Positions 47,486 through 60,662 of a stretch of DNA of 64,000 nucleotides are shown here, piece by piece. The number at the start of each line of letters is the position of its first letter. The first letter of the stretch is position 1. This DNA is from Chiloscyllium plagiosum. Its lineage: Eukaryota. The DNA lies in the NCBI RefSeq assembly GCF_004010195.1, contig NW_025215365.1, positions 44,362 through 108,361 on the forward strand. The letters run 5' to 3'. The position numbers and the translations under genes are program-made. The notes under the pieces are model-generated. The model ran no database searches. It was not told the DNA's origin and worked only from the letters and a program-made list of their open reading frames with translations.

Positions 47486-49831
47486 CTTCTCCTTGCTCTT
47501 TGTTCTTATTGATAGGTATCTCCAGTACAAAAGTGAGGTGTTTCATTGTTAGAAAACCTCCAGCATTATGTTCCATCCTGGGCATCACACTTTGGGAAGG
47601 ATAGCAGGGAGTGTAGAGAAGGTGGTTGGACATGTATCGTTTTACAAAATGCTTGACAAATTGCAACAGAGAAGACGGAGGAGCAGATTGGGAGGCAGAT
47701 TTTGGAAAGGTGCAGAAATAATAGGGTTTTTGTCATGGGTGACTTCAACTTCCCTAATAGTGATTGGAACCTCTTTAGTGCAAATAGTTTGGATGGAGCA
47801 GTTTTTGTCAGATGGGTTCAGAAAGGGTTCCTGACTCAATACGTAGATAGGCCGACGAGAGGGGAGGCCATATTGGATTTGGTGCTTGGCAACGAATCAT
47901 GCCAGGTGTCAGATCTCTCAGTGGGAGAGCATTTCAGTGATAGTGATCACTACTCCATGACCGCTACCATACACATGGAGAGGGATACGAGCATATGGTC
48001 TGGGAAAGTATTTAACTGGGGGAAGGGGGAGTTACAATGCTATTAGACAGGAACTGGGACGCCTAAGTTGGGAACAGATGTCATCAGGGAAATGCACAAC
48101 AGAAATGTGGAGGTTGCTTAGGGAGCACCTGCTGATAGCGCTGGACAGGTTTGCCCCACTGAGGCATGGAAGGGATGGTGGGGTGAAAGAACTTTGGGTG
48201 ACAAGGGATGTAGAACATCTGGTCAAGAGGAAGAAGGAAGCTAACTTAAGCTGGAGGAGGCAAGGATCAGACTGGGTTCTAGAGGGTTACAAAGTAGCCA
48301 GGAAGGAACTGAAGAATGGACTTAGGAGAGCTAGAAGGGGGCATGAAAAAGCCTTGGCGGGTAGGATTAAGGAAAACCCTAAGGCGTTCTACACTTATGT
48401 GAGGAATAAGAGGGTTGCCAGAGTGAGGGGACGGCTGATCTGGGATACTGGAGGGAACTTATGCCTGGAGTTGAAGGAGGTAGGGGAGGTCCTTAATGAA
48501 GACTTTGCTTCAGTATTCACTACTCAGAGGGACCTTGTCATTTGAGGACAATGTGAAGCAGGCTGATATGCTCAAACAGATTGATGTTAAGAAGGAGAAT
48601 GCGCTGAAAGTCTTGAAAAACACAAGGATAGATAAATCCCCTGGGCCAGATGGGATATACCCCAGGTTACTAGAGGAAGCAAGGGAAGAGATTGAGGTGT
48701 CTTTGGAGACCTTTGCGTCCTCACTTTCTACTGAGGTAGTGCCAAATGATTGGAGGGTGGCAAATATTATTGCCTTGTTCATGAAAGGGAATAGGGATAA
48801 TCCTGGGAATTACAGACCAGTCAGTCTCACGTCAGTGATGGGCAAAGTATTGGAGAGGATTCTGAAAGACAGGATTTATGGAAAACCATAGTTTGATTAG
48901 CGATAGTCAGCATGGCTTTGTGAGGGGCAGGTCATGCCTCACAAACCTTACTGAATTCTTTGAGGATGTGACAAAACACATTGATGAAGGTATAGCAGTG
49001 GGTGTGGTTTACATGGATTCTAGCAAGGGGTTTGACAAGGCTTGGTTGGCTCATTCAGAAAGTAAGGAGGCATGGGGTACAGGGAAACCTGTCTTTCTGG
49101 ACAGAATTGACTGGGCCATAGCAGACAGAGGATGGTGGTAGTAGATGGCAAGTATTCAGCCTGGAGCTTGGTGATCAGTGATGCTCCGCGGGGATCTAGA
49201 ACATAGAACATAGAACATAGAAGAATACAGCGCAGTACAGGCCCTTGGGCCCTCGATGTTGCGCCGATCCAAGCCCACCTAAACTACACTAACCCACTAT
49301 CCTCCATATACCTATCCAATGCCCTCTGAAATGCCCATAAAGAGGGAGAGTCCACCACTGTTACTGGCAGGGCATTCCATGAACTAACGACTCGCTGAGT
49401 GAAGAAATCTGTCTAAGTATCCATAGTAACACCTTCTGGTCAGAAGAAGTGAGTGAAGTTGAGGGACAAATTGTTCAGAACAAGCTCAGCCATCCAAAAG
49501 AGGATGGTAATGGATGGGAACAGTTTGGGTCTCCATTTGAGCTTTTTTATAAATGACTTGGATGAGGAAGTGGAAGGGTGGGTTAGTAAGTTTGCCGATG
49601 ACATGAAAGTTGGTGAACTTGTGGATAATGTGGAGGACTGTTGTAGGTTGCAACAGGACATTGACAGGATGCAGGAATGAGCTGATAAGTGGCAAGATAG
49701 AGTTTAACTTTGAAAAGTGTGAAGTGATTCATTTTGGAAGGTTGAATTTGAATGCAGAATACAGGGTTAAAGGCAGGATTCTTGGCAGTGTAGAGGAACA
49801 GAGGGATCTTGGGGTACATGTCGATAGGTCC

Positions 49832-50472
49832 CAACAAGCAGACAAAACACGTCCAGAAACCCTCGCCACTCTCTCCTACATCAAAGACATCTCGGAAATG
49901 ACTGCCAGACTACTCAGACCCCTTGGCATCATGGTAGCCCACAAACCCACCAACACACTAAAACAACAACTAATGAACTTGAAAGACTCTGTACAAATAA
50001 CAAACAAAACTAATGTCATTTACAAAAATACCTTGCAAGGATTGTAAGAAACACTAGATTGGATAAATAGGCAGAAAACTAGCCAACAGGATACATTAAC
50101 ATCGACAAGCCACAAAACGACATGACCCTCTCTCACTAATATCCTTACATACAGATGAGGAAGGACACCACTTCGATTGGGACAACACATCCATCCTAGG
50201 ACAAGTCAAACAGAGACACGCACGAGAATTCCTCGAAGCATGGTATTCCAACTGGAACTCTATCAATAAGTACATTAACTTGGATCCCGTTTACCATTCC
50301 CTGCGAAAAAGAACAGGAAATGACATCACCAACCCAAGGAAACCCAAACACAAAAATAGAAAGCCGACCATGTCACCAGTGCTTCATCTGGAGGCTCACT
50401 GATGATGTTACCTAGTATGGTGACGAAACATCTGTAAACAAATCTTCCAGCTCAGTGAGCAAACCTACATCC
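49832..50472 (+). mobile_element. Penelope-like element fragment (GIY-YIG region + 3' end) nested in the CR1
   Basis: TLSYIKDISEMTARLLRPLGIMVAHKPTNTLKQQL..NVIYK, then (frameshifted) PCKDCKKH*IG and HFDWDNTSILGQ..RHAREFLEAW. Confidence 0.9.
50395..50434 (+). ncRNA. Minimal type-I hammerhead ribozyme-like motif of the Penelope element (probably decayed)
   Basis: CTGATGA(50399)-T-GTTACC-TAGTAT-GGTGAC-GAAAC-ATC: intact core boxes and a 6-bp stem II; stem I weak. Confidence 0.6.
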
Positions 50473-51179
50473 AGATCCTTCAAAGTTGCCACACAAGTTG
50501 ATAGGGTTGTTAAGAAGGCATATGGTATGTTGGCTTTCATTTGCAGAGGGGTTGAGTTTAAGAGGCACGAGGTTATGCTGCAGCTGTATAAAGCCCTGGT
50601 TAGACTACACTTGGATTACCGTGTTCAGTTCTGGTCACCTCATTATAAGTAAGATGTGGAAGCTTTAGAGAGGGTGCAGAGGAGATTTACCAAGATGCTG
50701 CTTGGTCTGGAGGGCAGGTCTTATGAAGGAAGGTTGAGGGAGCTAAGGCTTTTCTCATTGGAGTGAAGAAGGATGAGAGGTGACTTGATAGAGGTGTACA
50801 AGATGATGAGAGGCACAGATAGAGTGGATGGCCAGAGTCTTTTTCCCAGGGCAGAAATAGCTCTCACAAGGGAGCATAAGTTTAAGGTGATTAGAGGAAG
50901 GTTTAGGGGAGATGTCAAAGGCAGGTTCTTTACACAGAGAGTGGTGGGGTGTGGAATGCACTGCCAGCAGTAGTAATAGGAGAGTCAGAGACATTAGAGA
51001 CATTTAAGCAACTCTTGGATAGGCACATGGATGATAGTACAATGAAGGGTATGCAGGTTAGTTTGATCTTAGGGTAAGTAAAAAGTTTGGCACAGCATCA
51101 AGGGCAGAAGGGCCTGTACTGTGCTGTACTGTACTATTCTATTAAATCGCTGGAATTTTTCAAAGACTTAACTTGTACA

Positions 51180-52320
51180 GTTGATTGGGGGGAGCCAGTG
51201 GATGTGGTTTATTTGGACTTTCAGAAGGCGTAAATAAAGTGCCATATGAGAGATTAGTGTGTAAAGTCAAAGAATGTGGGATTTATGGTAGTCTACTGGC
51301 ATGGATAGAGAACTGATTTACAGACATGAAACAAAATTGCAGCCAGTAACTAGTAAGGTCCCACAGGGATCAGTGCTCGGGCTCCAGCTATTCCCAATAC
51401 ATATTCGTGATTTAGATGAGGGAACTAAATGTAAATATCTTCAAGCTTGCAGATGACACTAAGCTGAGTGGACGGGGTACCAGTGAGGAGGTGCTCCAGG
51501 GTGGTTTGGAGACATTGAATGAGCCACAGATGAAATATGAACTGGATAAATGTGAGGTTACCCAGTTTAGCAGCAAAACCAGGAATGGTGATAGGTTGGA
51601 AATGGGGAGTTGCAATGGGACCTGGGTGTCGCTGAAAGTCAGCGCGTGGAGCAGCGGGCGGTGAAGGAGGTAAATGGTACTTTGGCCTTCATAGGGAGAG
51701 GATTCGAGTCCAGGAGCAGGGATGTCTTGCTGCAAATGGACACAGCCCTTGCTGAGACCACACCTGGTGTATTGTGTGCGGTTTGGGTCTCCCTGTCTGA
51801 GGGAGGATGCTCTGGTTACAGAGGGAGCGTGACAAAGGTTTACCAGACTGGTTCCTGGGATGGCAGGACTCACCTCTGAAGACAGACTGGATCAGATATG
51901 ACTGGATTTTAGACAACTGAGATGGGTTCTCATTTTAAAAAAAATTATAAAATTCAAAAAGGACTTGACAGGGGGAATGCAGGAAGGATGTTCCTGGTGA
52001 CTGGGAAGTCAAGAACCAGGGGTCACAGTCTATGGATATGGGGTAGGCCATTTCGGACTGAGATGGGGAGAAATGTCTTCACCCAAAGAGTGGGGAGCCT
52101 GTGGAATTCTCTGTCACAGAAGGAGGTTGAGACCAAAACATTGAATGTATTCAAGAAGGAGATAGATACGGTTCTTCGGCCTAAAGGGATCAAAGGATAT
52201 GGGGAGAAAGTGGGAACAGGGGGCTAAGTTGGATAATCAGCCATGATCATACTGAATGGGGGAGCAGGCTCAAAGGGCCGTATGGCCTACTCAAATTCCT
52301 AGTTTCTACATTTCTATGAG
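51180..52320 (+). mobile_element. CR1 RT to 3' end, decayed
   Basis: IFKLADDTKLSG; RGHSLWIWGRPFRTEMGRNVFTQRVGSLWNSL. Confidence 0.85.
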
Positions 52321-52499
52321 ATGTACAGGGGTCGCAGCAGGGATGAGGGACTTGAGTGATGTGGAGGGAATAGGTTTTTATTTAATTCCTTCACAGACCT
52401 GGTCATCTCATGCAAGGCTCACACTTGGCATTCGCTAATTGTCTGTTACTGTGGCAACCCACATGGACAAATTACAGTTCCACTGGGACGTACAAACAT

Positions 52500-54595
52500 T
52501 GTGACCCAGCGACACTGAAGGAACGGTGATACATTTCCATGTCAGGATGGTGAGTGGATTGGAGGGGAACTTGCAGATGGTGCTATGTCCACGTATCTGC
52601 TGCCCTTGGCCTTCCACATGAAAGGTGTCATGGGTTAGGAAGGTGCTGTCTAAGGATCTTTGGTGAATTTCTATAGTGCATGTTGTGGATAGTACGGCTG
52701 CTACTGAGCGTCGGTGGTGGAGAGAGTGGATACTTGTGGATGTGGTGCCAATCAAGCGGGCTGCTTTGTCCTGGATGGTGTTGAGCTTCTTGTGTGCTGT
52801 TGGGGGCTGTACCCATCCAGGCAAGTGGGGAGTAACCCATCACACTCCTGAGTTATGCCTTGTAGATAGTGGACAGGCTTTGAGGAGTCAGGAGGTGAGT
52901 TACATGCCCCAGAATTCCCTGCTTTTATATTTATCAAGTTGGTTCAATTCGGTTTCGGTCATTGTTAACAACCCCTCCTCTTAGAATGCTCATGGTGGAG
53001 GATTTTGAGCTGGTTATGATTGAGTATCAAGGACAGAATGCCATTGCCTGGTACTTGTGTGTGGTGTAAATATTACTCACCACTTATCCACCCAAACCTC
53101 AATCCTGCCCAGGTCTGACTGCGTACTGGCACGATCTGCTGTAGTACCTGAGGAATTACGAATGGTGCTGAACATTGTACAATCATCAAGGAACATCCTC
53201 ACTTCTCCCTGGGTGTGACTCCAACCCCACGGAGGTTCCTCCCATGATTGCCACCAACTCCGGTTTTTGCCACGGTCCCTTGATGTCACACTCGGTCAAA
53301 AGCTGTCAATGACGATCACTCTCGTTTGGACCAAGACTGAAAAGAAAGGTCAGGAACGGAGTAATTCTGAGCAACCATGTCATTGCTGAGTAAGTGTCGT
53401 TTGATAACACAGTGACAACACCTTCCAGTATTTAGCTGATGGATATCAGCCAATGGGCTCGTAATAGTTCAGGTCGGATTTGTCCTGCTTTATGGGGATA
53501 GGACACTTCTGAACTATTTCCAACTCCTCCAGTGCTGTAATAGCACTGAAACAGTTTTGATGGAGACCCGGTAAAGTTTGGAGCACAATTCTTCAGCACT
53601 GTAACCATCAGGATCCAAAGTCTTCACCGTACGCCATGCCTTCATCCACTGGGTGGTATCACTTGAACTGAATCGAATTGGCTGAAGACTGGCATCTATG
53701 ATCTTCATTCACAGGATGCGGGCATCGCTGACCAGGGCAGCATTTATTACCCATCCCTAACTGCCCCAAAGGGCAGTTAAGAGTCAACCACGTTGCTGTG
53801 GGTCTGAAGCCACATGTAGGCCCGACCAGGTAAGGACGGCAGTTTCCATCCCTAAAGGACATCAGTGAACTAGACGGGTTTTCCAACAATCGATTCACGG
53901 TCATCATTAGACTCTTGATTCCAGATTTTCAATGAATTCAAGTTCTACCGTCTGCCAAGGCAGGATTCGAACCCAGGTTCCCCAGAACATTACCTGGGTC
54001 TCTGGATTAACAGTCCAGCAATAATTTCCCGAGGCCATCACCTCCCCCTGTGATGCCAGGAATCATTGGAAGAGGCCGAGATGGATCATCCACTCGGCAC
54101 TTCTGGCTGAAGATGGCTGCCAATGCTTCAGCCTTATCCTTTGCGCTGGTGTGTTGGACTCTTCCATTATCGTGGATGGGGGTGATTGCAGAGACACCTC
54201 CTGTTCGTTTTCAGTTGTCCACCACCGTTCACAGTTTCTTGTGGAGATTGCAGAGCTTAGATCTGGTCCGCCGGATATCGCACACACAGTTCTATTTGCG
54301 CTGTTGAGCGTGCACGCGGTGTTGGAAACTTCACAAGACTCACTTCCAAGTCCTGACATTGATTCCTCATTGAATCGGAGCATTTGGGTCAATGAGGGAT
54401 GGCATGGAGCACGTGCTTCCAGACTGTGGTAGAATACAATTGTGCTGATGCTGATGGCCCACAGTACCTCAGGAATGTGAATTACAATATCTGAGTTGAT
54501 TCCCTCCTATTGAGCTCAGTGATAGCTCCACACAATATGGCTTCCTCAATATCAAGGCGGGACTTTGTGTCAACAAGTGCAGACACGCTTGGAGC
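52500..54595 (-). mobile_element. Degraded RTEX-like LINE, interrupted by a SINE at 53705-54048
   Basis: KKLNTIQDKAARLIGTTSTSIHSLHHRRSVAAV; VRMFLDDCTMFSTI (FADD-like). Confidence 0.7.
53705..54048 (-). mobile_element. Second tRNA-derived SINE family, near full length
   Basis: Reverse complement starts ggggaggtgatggcc...ctgggttcgaatcctgcc (box B). Confidence 0.8.
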
Positions 54596-54908
54596 TCACT
54601 GAGGGTGCAATCGAGGAGGAGTTTCCCTTTTCTTGGTTTCCGCACCACCTCTTGCTTGGGATGAGGGGGGGGTCTGCCCTGCGAGGAGAGGCAGAGTGAA
54701 TTGGGCCGATTTTCCCTGGAGTCTAAAAGACCGTGAGGTGGCCTTGCGGAGATTTACCAACAAGGCTGGCCCCTTTGCTGTGCCAAAGCCTGGTCGGCAC
54801 ACCTTCGCAGGGGCAGAGCAGCACGACGGCAGCCCAAGACCCAAACACTTCCTTTCCACTCCGCAGCCACACTGCGGGGGCGCCGCTGGGCAGGCCACCT
54901 TTGGGGAG

Positions 54909-55197
54909 CGCCAGGTTAGGCAAACGCCTACTTGTGGTGATTGTGAAGAATGTCCGTGGGGGCCTGGATCCCACGTCACCAGGTGAGAGATTCTGCAGTC
55001 GCTGTTACGTCACGCTTCTGTGGGATCTTGCTGTGCGTGCGTCGACTGCTTTCGAGCAGCGACGCTATTGCAAGGAAGTACTTGATTGCAGTTGACGCAC
55101 GCACAGAACCTATCACCCGGTGACGTTTTCGCGAGGGATCCATTCCCCACGGAAATTCTTCACAATCACCGCAAGTAGGCGTTTGCCTAACCAGGCG
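54909..55197. repeat. Long imperfect inverted repeat (fold-back)
   Basis: Three nested complementary blocks: 54909-54972/55135-55197, 54973-54986/55113-55126, 55031-55049/55088-55106. Confidence 0.9.
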
Positions 55198-55489
55198 TGC
55201 CTCTTGCACGATCCGATCACCCACCCGCCTGCCGGTGATCTGCGCCGTCGCTATGACAACGGTCCCCTTGGGATGCCCTTTCGGGATCAGTCGGTCGTGC
55301 TCCTGAAGGGAAGTTCTGCCTCCGCCAGAGCCTCTGCGTCATAAGGTGGGGAGCAGAGCCGGGCACCCCTGCCGCTCGCTTCATTGGCGAGGGGTGCTGT
55401 CCGCCCCAGGTGAGGTCCGGGTGCGTGCCACAGGAAGAACTCTTCACGCTGCGGGTACTGTCCCTGCAGCAGGAAACACTGAAACAGAG

Positions 55490-55870
55490 ACAACAGGAGC
55501 AGGAGTAGGCCATTCAGCCCTTCGAGCCTCCTTCCCCATTCAATATGATCATGGCTGATCATCCAAATCAGCCCCCTGTTCCCACTTTCTCCCTGAACCC
55601 TTGGATCCCTTTAGTCCTAAGAGCGATATCTATCTCCTTCTCGACCCACTTTCTGTGGCAGAGAATGCCTCAGGCTCCCTCACTCTCTGGGTGAAGACAT
55701 TTCTCCCCATCTCAGTCCGAAATGGCCTACCCCTTAGATTTTGACCCCCACTTTTGGACTCTCCCACGATCAGCAGCATCCTTCCTGAGTTGACCCTGTT
55801 ACGTCCTGTTAGAATTTCACAGGTTTCTATGGGACCTCTCCTCAATCTCCTTAACCCCAGTGAATATCGT
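55490..55870 (-). mobile_element. CR1 LINE 3' end
   Basis: aggagcaggagtaggccattcagccc tail; RGRPFRTEMGRNVFTQRV. Confidence 0.85.
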
Positions 55871-56129
55871 TTGAACTGTAGGGGTTGGGAATTGGTTCCA
55901 TGTCCCAGATTTGGCCCTGAGGACAGGAAACACAATCACCCGACGAGACTTCCACAGGAACCTGACCCTCCATTGTCATAGCGCCCGGGGATCCCCAGCC
56001 CATTTATTGAAACGGGTCAAGATTCCGGGCCCAGCAGCTTGAGAGGAGCTGCAGGCCAAAGTGGGGCGGGGGGGCAAGCGCGGTACTAAGAGGGCCCTCC
56101 AACATAGCACCCTCTCACCAATGCCTTAG

Positions 56130-56405
56130 ACCTATGTCCTCTAGTTTTGGATTCCGCTACCCGAGGGAAAAGACCTTGGCTGTTCATCCTAGACATGCCT
56201 CTCATGATTTTATAAACCTCTATAAGGCCACCCCTCAGCCTCAACGCTCTAGGGAAAACAGCCCCAGCCTATTTAGCCCTCCAACCCCCGCAACATCCTT
56301 GTAAATCTTTTCTGAACCCTTTCAAGTTTAGCACCTTTGCTATAGCAGGGAGACTCGAATTGAACACAGTATTCCATAAGTGGTCTATCCAATGTCCTGT
56401 ACAAC
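56130..56405 (-). mobile_element. CR1/HER1 fragment
   Basis: aacatccttgtaaatcttttctgaaccctttcaag, reverse of LERVQKRFTRM. Confidence 0.8.
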
Positions 56406-56756
56406 CACAACATCTTGAATTTAAAATCCATGTTCCCTGGACCTTGCACCTCCTTATCTCTGCCAACTCCTCCAATCCCATGAGCCTTTGAGGCAGCCTT
56501 TTATTCCGGCCTCTGATGTATCCCTGACTCCATACTGCAGCCCCAGGCTCTGGAAGCCCTCTCTGCTTCTCTGCTCCCCCAGACATTCCTTCAAAACAAA
56601 ATTAACAAGACTCCTGGGCCAGGATTGTGGTGACCCAACCGAATATCTCCTCACATGCTTCACCGCATCACACTCGGTTCCTTAATACTCTGCTGAAGTG
56701 CTTCGAGGTGATTCATACTGTTGGAGGCGTTGTAGAAATACAAGTTGTTGTTGTCG
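56405..56756 (+). mobile_element. Old L2-like LINE 3' end
   Basis: Ends ...ggcgttgtagaaatacaagttgttgttgt, a typical L2-type tail. Confidence 0.55.
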
Positions 56757-57114
56757 TGGTAGGGCACCCCTTCGATCTCATCAACTCCAACAACTCCAGA
56801 TCGCAGCAACCTCTTTCGGTCAGGCACTGGGAATTTTCCTGAGTTTACAATATCTTGAGGAGCCTGTTTTGTTTCTGTTCTTTCTTCTCCTTACGCCTTT
56901 GCCCATCTGGCCTTTTCATGGACCTTCCCTTTCGTTCCTAGTGACTTCCCCTACACCCCTCCCCCCCACCTTTGCCTCAGAAAGTGCAGGAGGGGAAGGC
57001 AGAAGGAGGCCAATCAGCCTCTCAGTCTTAAATATGATGCTGCCTCTGCTGTTTCCTGATGTAAAGAATCCCAGTGATTCGCAGCGTTCTGAGTGAATGG
57101 AAATAATCTTCTCC

Positions 57115-58070
57115 ATTCAGAATTTGTTTGTCAAGGTACCACATATTAGGCTAGTAAAGACAACAAGAGCCCATGGTGTTATGGGTAGTATATGAACATG
57201 GACAGAGGATTGGCTAACTGGTAGACAGAGAGCTGGGATAATAGAGACATTTTTCAGGATGGCAATCTGATAACTAGAGCCGCAGAGTTCAGTGCAATAT
57301 ATATATACATATGACTTGGATGAGGAATTGAACGTTCCATTGGCAAGTCTGCAAATGACTCAGAAATAGGTAAGGCGGCAAGCGTTGAGGAGGACTCCCG
57401 GACTCCACAAACGGATGCAGACGTGTTAAGCGAGCGGGGCAAAAAGATAAATGGAATATAATGTGGGGAGGAGTGAGGTTATACACTTTGGCAGCAAGAA
57501 TAGAGGAGATCGATATTATTGAAACGGAGAAAGACTGCAGAAAGCTGTGGAGCAGAGGGATTTCAGATCCCTTGTGGGAACACTAGCATCCCAGTTCGGC
57601 ACATAATAGGGAAAGCAAGTGTAATGTTGATCTTTATTACAAAGAGAATGGAAAATAAAAGCAGGGAGGTACAGCTAAAACTGTACAAGGCACGAGTCAG
57701 AGCAGAGCTGGAAACTAAGGGAGGATATGCTGGTATTGGAGGCAGGCCAGAGAAGGTTCACTCGGCTGATCCTGGGTACGGAGGGACTACCTTATGAGGA
57801 GAGGCTGAGTAGGTTGGGTTTGTGCTCAGTGGCGTTCAGAAGAATGAGGGGAGACCTTATTGAAACATGCAAGATTCGTGGGGCCTTGACAGAGAAGATG
57901 CGGTCAAGTTATTTCCCCTCGTGGGGCAGTCTCGGACCAGAGGGTATAATCTCAGAAGAAGGGCTCGTCCACTTAAGACAGAGATGAGGAGGGATTCCTT
58001 CTCTCAGATCGGAGCGAATCTGTGAAGCTCTTTACTGTGGCAGGCTGAGGAGGGTGGATCAGTTGGTGTA
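57115..58070 (+). mobile_element. Decayed CR1 RT to 3' region
   Basis: LVLEAGQRRFTRLILGTEGLPYEERLSRLGLCSVAFRRMRGDLIETCKI. Confidence 0.82.
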
Positions 58071-60099
58071 TTCCGGTGAAAGCTCACCCAGTTGCGAGAT
58101 TGTTCTTGTCCTGCTGTGTGTTCCTGACGGTTTCCCATTTTAATCCATCGTCGTAACTCCACCTGCCTCCCCTCCCCTCAACAGCACCACCACACCCCCC
58201 CACCGAACCCATATCCTAAACCATACAGAGTCCAACACTTAGCCACAAGAAGATCACAGCCTCCTCTCTTCAGCTGACCTTCCGGTAGACCCTTGCCTCC
58301 AGACCAGAGGGGGGCCTTTACAAAAGGCCTTGGGCCATGAAGGGCCCATGGAGCAGTCTCCTCTCTCCGTAAGGACAGAGCGCCCCGAGTACCGTGTGGA
58401 GTCCGGAAAGCAGGATCAATCCCTTTCCCCAAATCTCCTCACCACTGGAACCCCTAACCCTGCCGTGGCCCCTGCACTGACCAAGGCCTCTCAGAGGGGA
58501 ATAAATGGACAGGGAAAAGGAGGGGGGGAGGGAGTGAAAGAGGAACAGTGTGGGGGTGGGGGGAATACAGGAGGGGAGGAAGACAGGAGGAGGAAGAGAA
58601 GAGCTAGAAACAGGAGAAGGGAGTTTGGGTTTGCGATTACATAGGCCAATGTCAAACATGAAGGGAGAGCATGATGTGGGAACAAGAGTCTGACCTACTG
58701 TCTCAGAATCAAGGCCCTCAAAGTGTCGGGACAGGAATGAAGCAGTTAATTCTTTATGTCGGGTTGAATTTCCACTTGAGGTTGGATGGGAGCTGGCTGG
58801 GGTTCCAGAAGGAGGCATTCCTGTAGATGCCTGCAGACATCGGACCCGTCTCTCACACACACTGAAACCCTGAACCTCTTCCAAGCGCCATGTGAGTGTG
58901 GGGGGGGGCACTCCTCCTGGAAGGGGGAAATCACATCCCCTTCACCGACATCTCCAACAGGCGGCACACAGCTCAGGCGGCGACGGTTGTCCACGGCGAC
59001 GCCTTCGGGTCCTTTCCTAGCGTTGCCCTGGTAACCAGAATGCATCCCAGGGAGAACGATCCAGTGGTTTACCAGATGTTGGCTGGGCAAAGCAGTGAAA
59101 CTTAACATCAAAACACACAGAAGGGCCGTTAAAATCAGCGACTCCGGTTAGTTCACTAATCCAGCAGGGATCGACCACGCATACCTATCCGAAAACAAAA
59201 TGGCTTCTATCCAAAAGGAGCACAACATTTCTCTGTTAATGAGAATGCAGAGCGTTGCTGTCAAGTCTGAAAAGTGAGGTTGAAAGGTAGGATTGTACAG
59301 AGATAGATACATGCTAATATCTCTACAATATGCACAGTCATTTATAACCTCTGTATGTATCCATACACACATAGATATATAGAGACACAATTACATATGT
59401 GCACTTATTAAACACACACACACACCAGAATCTTGTCACGGCTTGCCTGTAGGCTGCATCTTTCTGTCGTACCAGGAGCCAGTCAGGCAGTGGAAAGGCC
59501 ACCCCCAGGGACCGAGGTCCCAAGACCTGCCCAGCCACAACTGCCAGCCAATCACAAGCCAGCAACTGAGAAGGTGGTGGCTGCTGCTGAAGTGGCAGGG
59601 ACTCCCCACTCCCATAATGAAGCGAGCTAGGGTAGGTCATGTCAAGTGGGGATTTGGCAAGATGAGACATCCACTTCCTCAACCAGGGGTCTGAGCGAAT
59701 TCAATCGAAGGGCCCAAACTCCCCACCTGCTCCATTAGTGTTGACAATAGGTTAATACCAGTAGCCGCAGGATGAAGCATTGAACTGATCATTATTGCTC
59801 TCACCTGGGAGCAGGTAAGGCAAAGTGGACGGGAGAAGTTAAGTATGCCACACCCAGCTTAATTAAATGCCTTCCCTTGCCTCCATGTGACCTTGGATGG
59901 CCGTGGCATTGAACAGCTCAGAAACAAAAGGGCAAAAAGAAAGCTTAATTGGCTTGCTGCTGGGTTTCAGCCTCTGTTTTCTGTTTGGCAGTTTGCTGAG
60001 AATTTGGATGAAAGAAAGCAGGCTGCACTCTCTCAGAATGGAACTGTTTTCAGTTTGGCTGCCCTCACACAGACCCTGGTGTTGAAGCAGGTCTCCAGA

Positions 60100-60662
60100 G
60101 AGTACAGCAGATACTGTGTCACTGTGAGTGTTGTACAGTTGAGGCGGGGACAATGAGGGATTGTGGACACAAGACCTACCACTGCCATTTCAAGGCTGCC
60201 AAAGTCCACTCATTCAAAGGATCATTGAAGGGAGTCCCTGGGGATTCTGGGCTATGGTTAGTGTCCTCTCCAAAGTGCGGGAGGGCTTGTGGATATATAT
60301 CTTGTTGGTGGTAACTGTGTAAAACCAAATTCAGTTGCTGGTGAATGTGAACCAAGGACTGAAATGTTCAAGTGGGAAATGAAAGATGTTCTAAAGTGGA
60401 GGCCAAGTTGGAAACACATGACGTATGATGTGCTTCCATATTTGTTTGGAATATAATATGAGCGTATTTGAGGTTTGTCCTCATGCCCCTGTAAACTGTC
60501 TGAATGGTAGGGTTTTGGGCCAATTGCTCCTCTCCCTTATAAAATTGCTGTCTCTTGTATGCAGCTGTAAATGTAACTGTTTGTTTGTTTGTTGTAAACT
60601 GTTTTTGTAATTTGTTTAATAACTGGAATTTGTTTAATAAATAATATAACTGGAAAAAAAAA
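60100..60662 (+). mobile_element. Possible Tx1/L1-clade 3' end with AATAAA and short A-tail
   Basis: Frameshifted GLWLV..SKVREGLW...KDVLKW resembling a Tx1 ORF2 end, then a T-rich UTR, aataaa (~60636) and A9. Confidence 0.4.

Larger units (their letters stand above)
47690..51140 (+). mobile_element. Long decayed CR1 LINE ORF2 (APE endonuclease C-terminal part + RT + tail) with two nested insertions
   Basis: VMGDFNFPN, LDLVLGNE, SDSDH; KSPGPDGIYPRLL; NPGNYRPVSLTSVMGKVLERI; QHGFVRGRSCLTNL; VSKFADDMK; frameshifts and stops throughout. Confidence 0.95.

Noticed and set aside
47702..48891. Endonuclease/RT ORFs as host genes or an active element
   Set aside because: Frameshifted, stop-containing CR1 ORF2 remnants
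56660..56865. Protein-like minus-strand frame (APQDIVNSGKF...YHDNNNLYFYNAS)
   Set aside because: Largely the antisense reading of an L2-like 3' tail, and it lacks a pyrimidine-rich acceptor
58318..58911. 197-aa minus-strand ORF and an exon-like segment at ~58700-58830
   Set aside because: Low-complexity Ser/Pro content from a purine tract; stop codon in the PBX-compatible phase; no recognisable domain
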